This document shows, one piece after another, positions 29,658-32,000 of a stretch of DNA of 32,000 nucleotides (position 1 is its first letter; each line of letters begins with the position of its first letter). The position numbers were made by a program, and so were the translations under genes. The notes under the pieces were generated by a model. That model was not told the origin of the DNA, ran no database searches, and saw nothing but the letters and a program-made list of their open reading frames with translations. This DNA is from Synechococcus elongatus PCC 6301 (GTDB lineage: Bacteria; Cyanobacteriota; Cyanobacteriia; Synechococcales; Synechococcaceae). The stretch spans positions 2,250,001 through 2,282,000 of the forward strand of contig NC_006576.1 of the NCBI RefSeq assembly GCF_000010065.1, in the 5' to 3' direction.

Positions 29658-31307
29658 CTAGACTGCGCTGAGCGGCTGCGGCACCAGTTCTGCGGCGACA
29701 TTGATTGCAAACGCGGCTTCTAAAGCATGGCGGTTGTAGTCAAAACTCCAGAGTTCGAGGGCGCAGTCCTCACTGGTTCGAGCCGGATGCAGTTGAAGAA
29801 GAAGCTGCCGTTGCGGAGCAAGGTAGCGGCAATGAAGACTCGCGATCGCTCCTACCTGCCGGCGATCGAGGGCAACTGCCGCCCGCAGAATCGCGCTGAG
29901 TTGTTCTACCAAGCGCCGTTGCTCCTTGGTGGGCAGGGTGCGGAAGTTTTCGTGCTTTTTCTTGGGCAGGCTCTTGCGGTGATAGCGAGCCAGATTAGCA
30001 ATCAGTTCAATCTCCGTCTCGTTGTAGCCCAGCAGACCCCCGTGGCGGATCAGGTAATAGGAATGCTTGTGATGGGAGGAGTGGTCGATGTGATGGCCGC
30101 AATTGTGCAGGATGGCGGCTGCCCAAAGGAGTTCCCGTTCGCTCTCGCCCCATTGGTGTAGTTGTCCGCGCAGTTGGTCAAACAGGCTGAGGGCTAATTG
30201 CGCCACTTGCTCGCCGTGACTGACATCTACCCGAAATTTGCGCGCTTGGTTGTAGACACTGCGCTGCCGCACCGATCCCTGATAGCGCAGCTTGTCTTCG
30301 ATCAGTCCGTGGCTGAGCATCCAGTCGACGATCAGCCCCTCGCGCAAGGCCCGTTCGCAGATGGTGACGCGATCGCAACCCAACAGCTGCATGGTTTCCT
30401 GCAGCACGATCGCCCCTGCAACGATAATCTCAGCTCGTCGTTCCGACAGCTCGGGCAAAGTCTGACGTTCGGCAAAGGGCATACGCCGCAACTGCTGCAC
30501 CAACTGCTGCAGATCGCCAAGAGCTAAGCTGTAGCCATTGAAGGTGGTCGGCAAGCTGCCTTGGCTTTGGTGGGCATGGAGGGCGGCGAGGGCTTGAATG
30601 GTGCCGGAAGTGCCGATCAGTCGTAGGGGCGTGTTGGGTGGTAGAGCGGCTTTGACTTCATCGACCGCCCGTTCGACCATGCCGCGCACGTAGGCTTGCA
30701 GCACGGTGTACTCGCTGGGGCTAATTGGGTCGGTGTGAATGAATTCTTGGGTGAGACGGACGGCGCCAACCTTCGTGCTGGTCAGGCAGAGCGGCTCTTG
30801 CCCCGCTCCCAGAATCAGCTCGGTCGATCCACCGCCAATATCAATGATGGCGTGGTGTCGCTGCTGAAAATCCATGCCGGACAGCACCCCAAGGTAGATG
30901 CGTCGTGCTTCCTCTGGCCCCGAGATCAGATCGACTTCTAAACCGACTTCATGGATGACCCGCTCGAGAAATTGGCGACCATTGGGAGCCTCTCGCACAG
31001 CACTGGTGGCGACAGCCACAATTTGCGTGGCCCCCCGAGCCGCCGCGATCGCTCGACAGCGTTGCAGCGCTTGGAGTGCCCGTTCCATCGCCGCCTCGGT
31101 CAACTCACCCGTGGCAGGATCGCGATCGCCCAGTCGGACGGTGGCTTTCTCGGTGCCGACGATATCGAAGGCCGGCAGGTCGGGACGAATCTGGACCACC
31201 ACCATGTGAATGGAGTTTGTGCCCACATCGATTGCTGCCAAAATCGGTTCTGGCCCGAGCTCACTGGGGAGTGCTGGACGGGCGTGGGGCGCAATCTCGG
31301 TGCTCAT
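29658..31307 (-). CDS. ppx: Exopolyphosphatase / guanosine-5'-triphosphate,3'-diphosphate pyrophosphatase family
   Basis: ILAAIDVGTNSIHMVVVQIR, AVATSAVREAPNG, ISGPEEARRIYLGVLSG, AIIDIGGGSTELILG plus a C-terminal HD-like region (AAILHNCGHHIDHSSHHKHSYYLI). Confidence 0.93.
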   Translation of the reverse strand: MSTEIAPHARPALPSELGPEPILAAIDVGTNSIHMVVVQIRPDLPAFDIVGTEKATVRLGDRDPATGELTEAAMERALQALQRCRAIAAARGATQIVAVATSAVREAPNGRQFLERVIHEVGLEVDLISGPEEARRIYLGVLSGMDFQQRHHAIIDIGGGSTELILGAGQEPLCLTSTKVGAVRLTQEFIHTDPISPSEYTVLQAYVRGMVERAVDEVKAALPPNTPLRLIGTSGTIQALAALHAHQSQGSLPTTFNGYSLALGDLQQLVQQLRRMPFAERQTLPELSERRAEIIVAGAIVLQETMQLLGCDRVTICERALREGLIVDWMLSHGLIEDKLRYQGSVRQRSVYNQARKFRVDVSHGEQVAQLALSLFDQLRGQLHQWGESERELLWAAAILHNCGHHIDHSSHHKHSYYLIRHGGLLGYNETEIELIANLARYHRKSLPKKKHENFRTLPTKEQRRLVEQLSAILRAAVALDRRQVGAIASLHCRYLAPQRQLLLQLHPARTSEDCALELWSFDYNRHALEAAFAINVAAELVPQPLSAV

Positions 31308-31394
31308 GGGCGCAGGGTTCCAAGCTAGGCCTAGTCTGCCATGCAGCGGGGGCCTCACTCGCAGTGGGATAATAAAGCCGCATCTGACAATGCC

Positions 31395-32000
31395 ATGAGT
31401 ACCTCTCTCCCCCGTGAATCGACTTGGCTGGCAGTCATTCGCCTGTTGCGCTGGGATAAGCCAGCCGGGCGATTGATTCTGTTGTTGCCAGCGCTATGGG
31501 CGGTGGTCTTGGCTTCTGGCGGACGGCCTGATTTTGGTCTGATCTGGTAGATTATCTGCGGCGGTTTGGCGGCTAGTGCGGCCGGTTGCGTGATCGATGA
31601 TCTTTGGGATCGCAACCTCGATCCGCGGGTTGAACGCACCAAGCAAAGGCCCTTGGCCTCCCGTCGCCTGTCCACAAGAGTCGGCGCGATCCCGGCGATC
31701 GTGTCGCTGTTAGCGGCTTGGGGGTTGGCTCAATTTCTGACGCCGCTGGGCTACTGGCTGTGCGTGGCAGCTGTGCCCGTGATCGTGCTCTATCCGGGGG
31801 CAAAGCGTGTCTTTCCGGTTCCGCAACTGGTGCTGGCGATCGCCTGGGGATTTAGTGTGCTGATCAGCTGGGCGGCGGTGCAGGGGGAGCTGACTTGGGC
31901 AGCGATCGCCCTCTGGGCAGCAACCCTGTTTTGGGCCCTTGGCTTTGATACAGTCTATGCCTTGGCCGATCGCGAGGACGATATCCAAGTGGGAATCCAG
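31395..32000 (+). pseudogene. ubiA: UbiA-family 4-hydroxybenzoate polyprenyltransferase, interrupted by in-frame TAG at 31548-31550 and truncated by the window edge
   Basis: [92 protein letters not shown]...YPGAKRVFPVPQLVLAIAWGFSVLISWAAVQ...FWALGFDTVYALADREDD. Same frame on both sides of the stop. Confidence 0.85.

Overview
This 32 kb window looks like cyanobacterial chromosome, most likely Synechococcus elongatus (PCC 7942/6301-like). The assignment rests on abundant GCGATCGC (HIP1) palindromes, pds-psy carotenoid genes, NDH-1 genes and RbcR. It is mostly core housekeeping DNA. In order it carries: a GAF-domain protein (partial), an Hli protein, hisIE, methionine-salvage genes mtnC/mtnB/mtnA, mscL, a GDT1/UPF0016 transporter, a CDF transporter, an M16 peptidase, a fructosamine-kinase-family protein, crtB-crtP, ndhM, rbcR, a split nnrU, a thioredoxin, ndhF, ndhD, a LapA-domain protein, scpA, a sugar-nucleotidyltransferase, a TPR protein, an M20 amidohydrolase, a cyAbrB-like regulator, a DUF512 radical-SAM-like protein, uppP, a Crr7-like protein, ppx, and ubiA running off the right edge. 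I found no transposon, CRISPR array, rRNA/tRNA or obvious defence island, and nothing I can defend as a new multi-gene system. The observations most worth a second look are: (1) an in-frame TAG inside an otherwise uninterrupted ubiA reading frame; (2) a single-base frameshift splitting the NnrU-family gene between rbcR and the ndhF region; (3) a decayed ACR3-type arsenite permease remnant, absent from the ORF track, in the 8.3-8.65 kb gap; (4) an HLR1-like RpaB site upstream of the hli gene; (5) an unlisted 31-aa single-TM ORF between the lapA-like gene and scpA. Strands and start codons were read from the sequence; motif and family calls are from memory of protein families, not from a database search.
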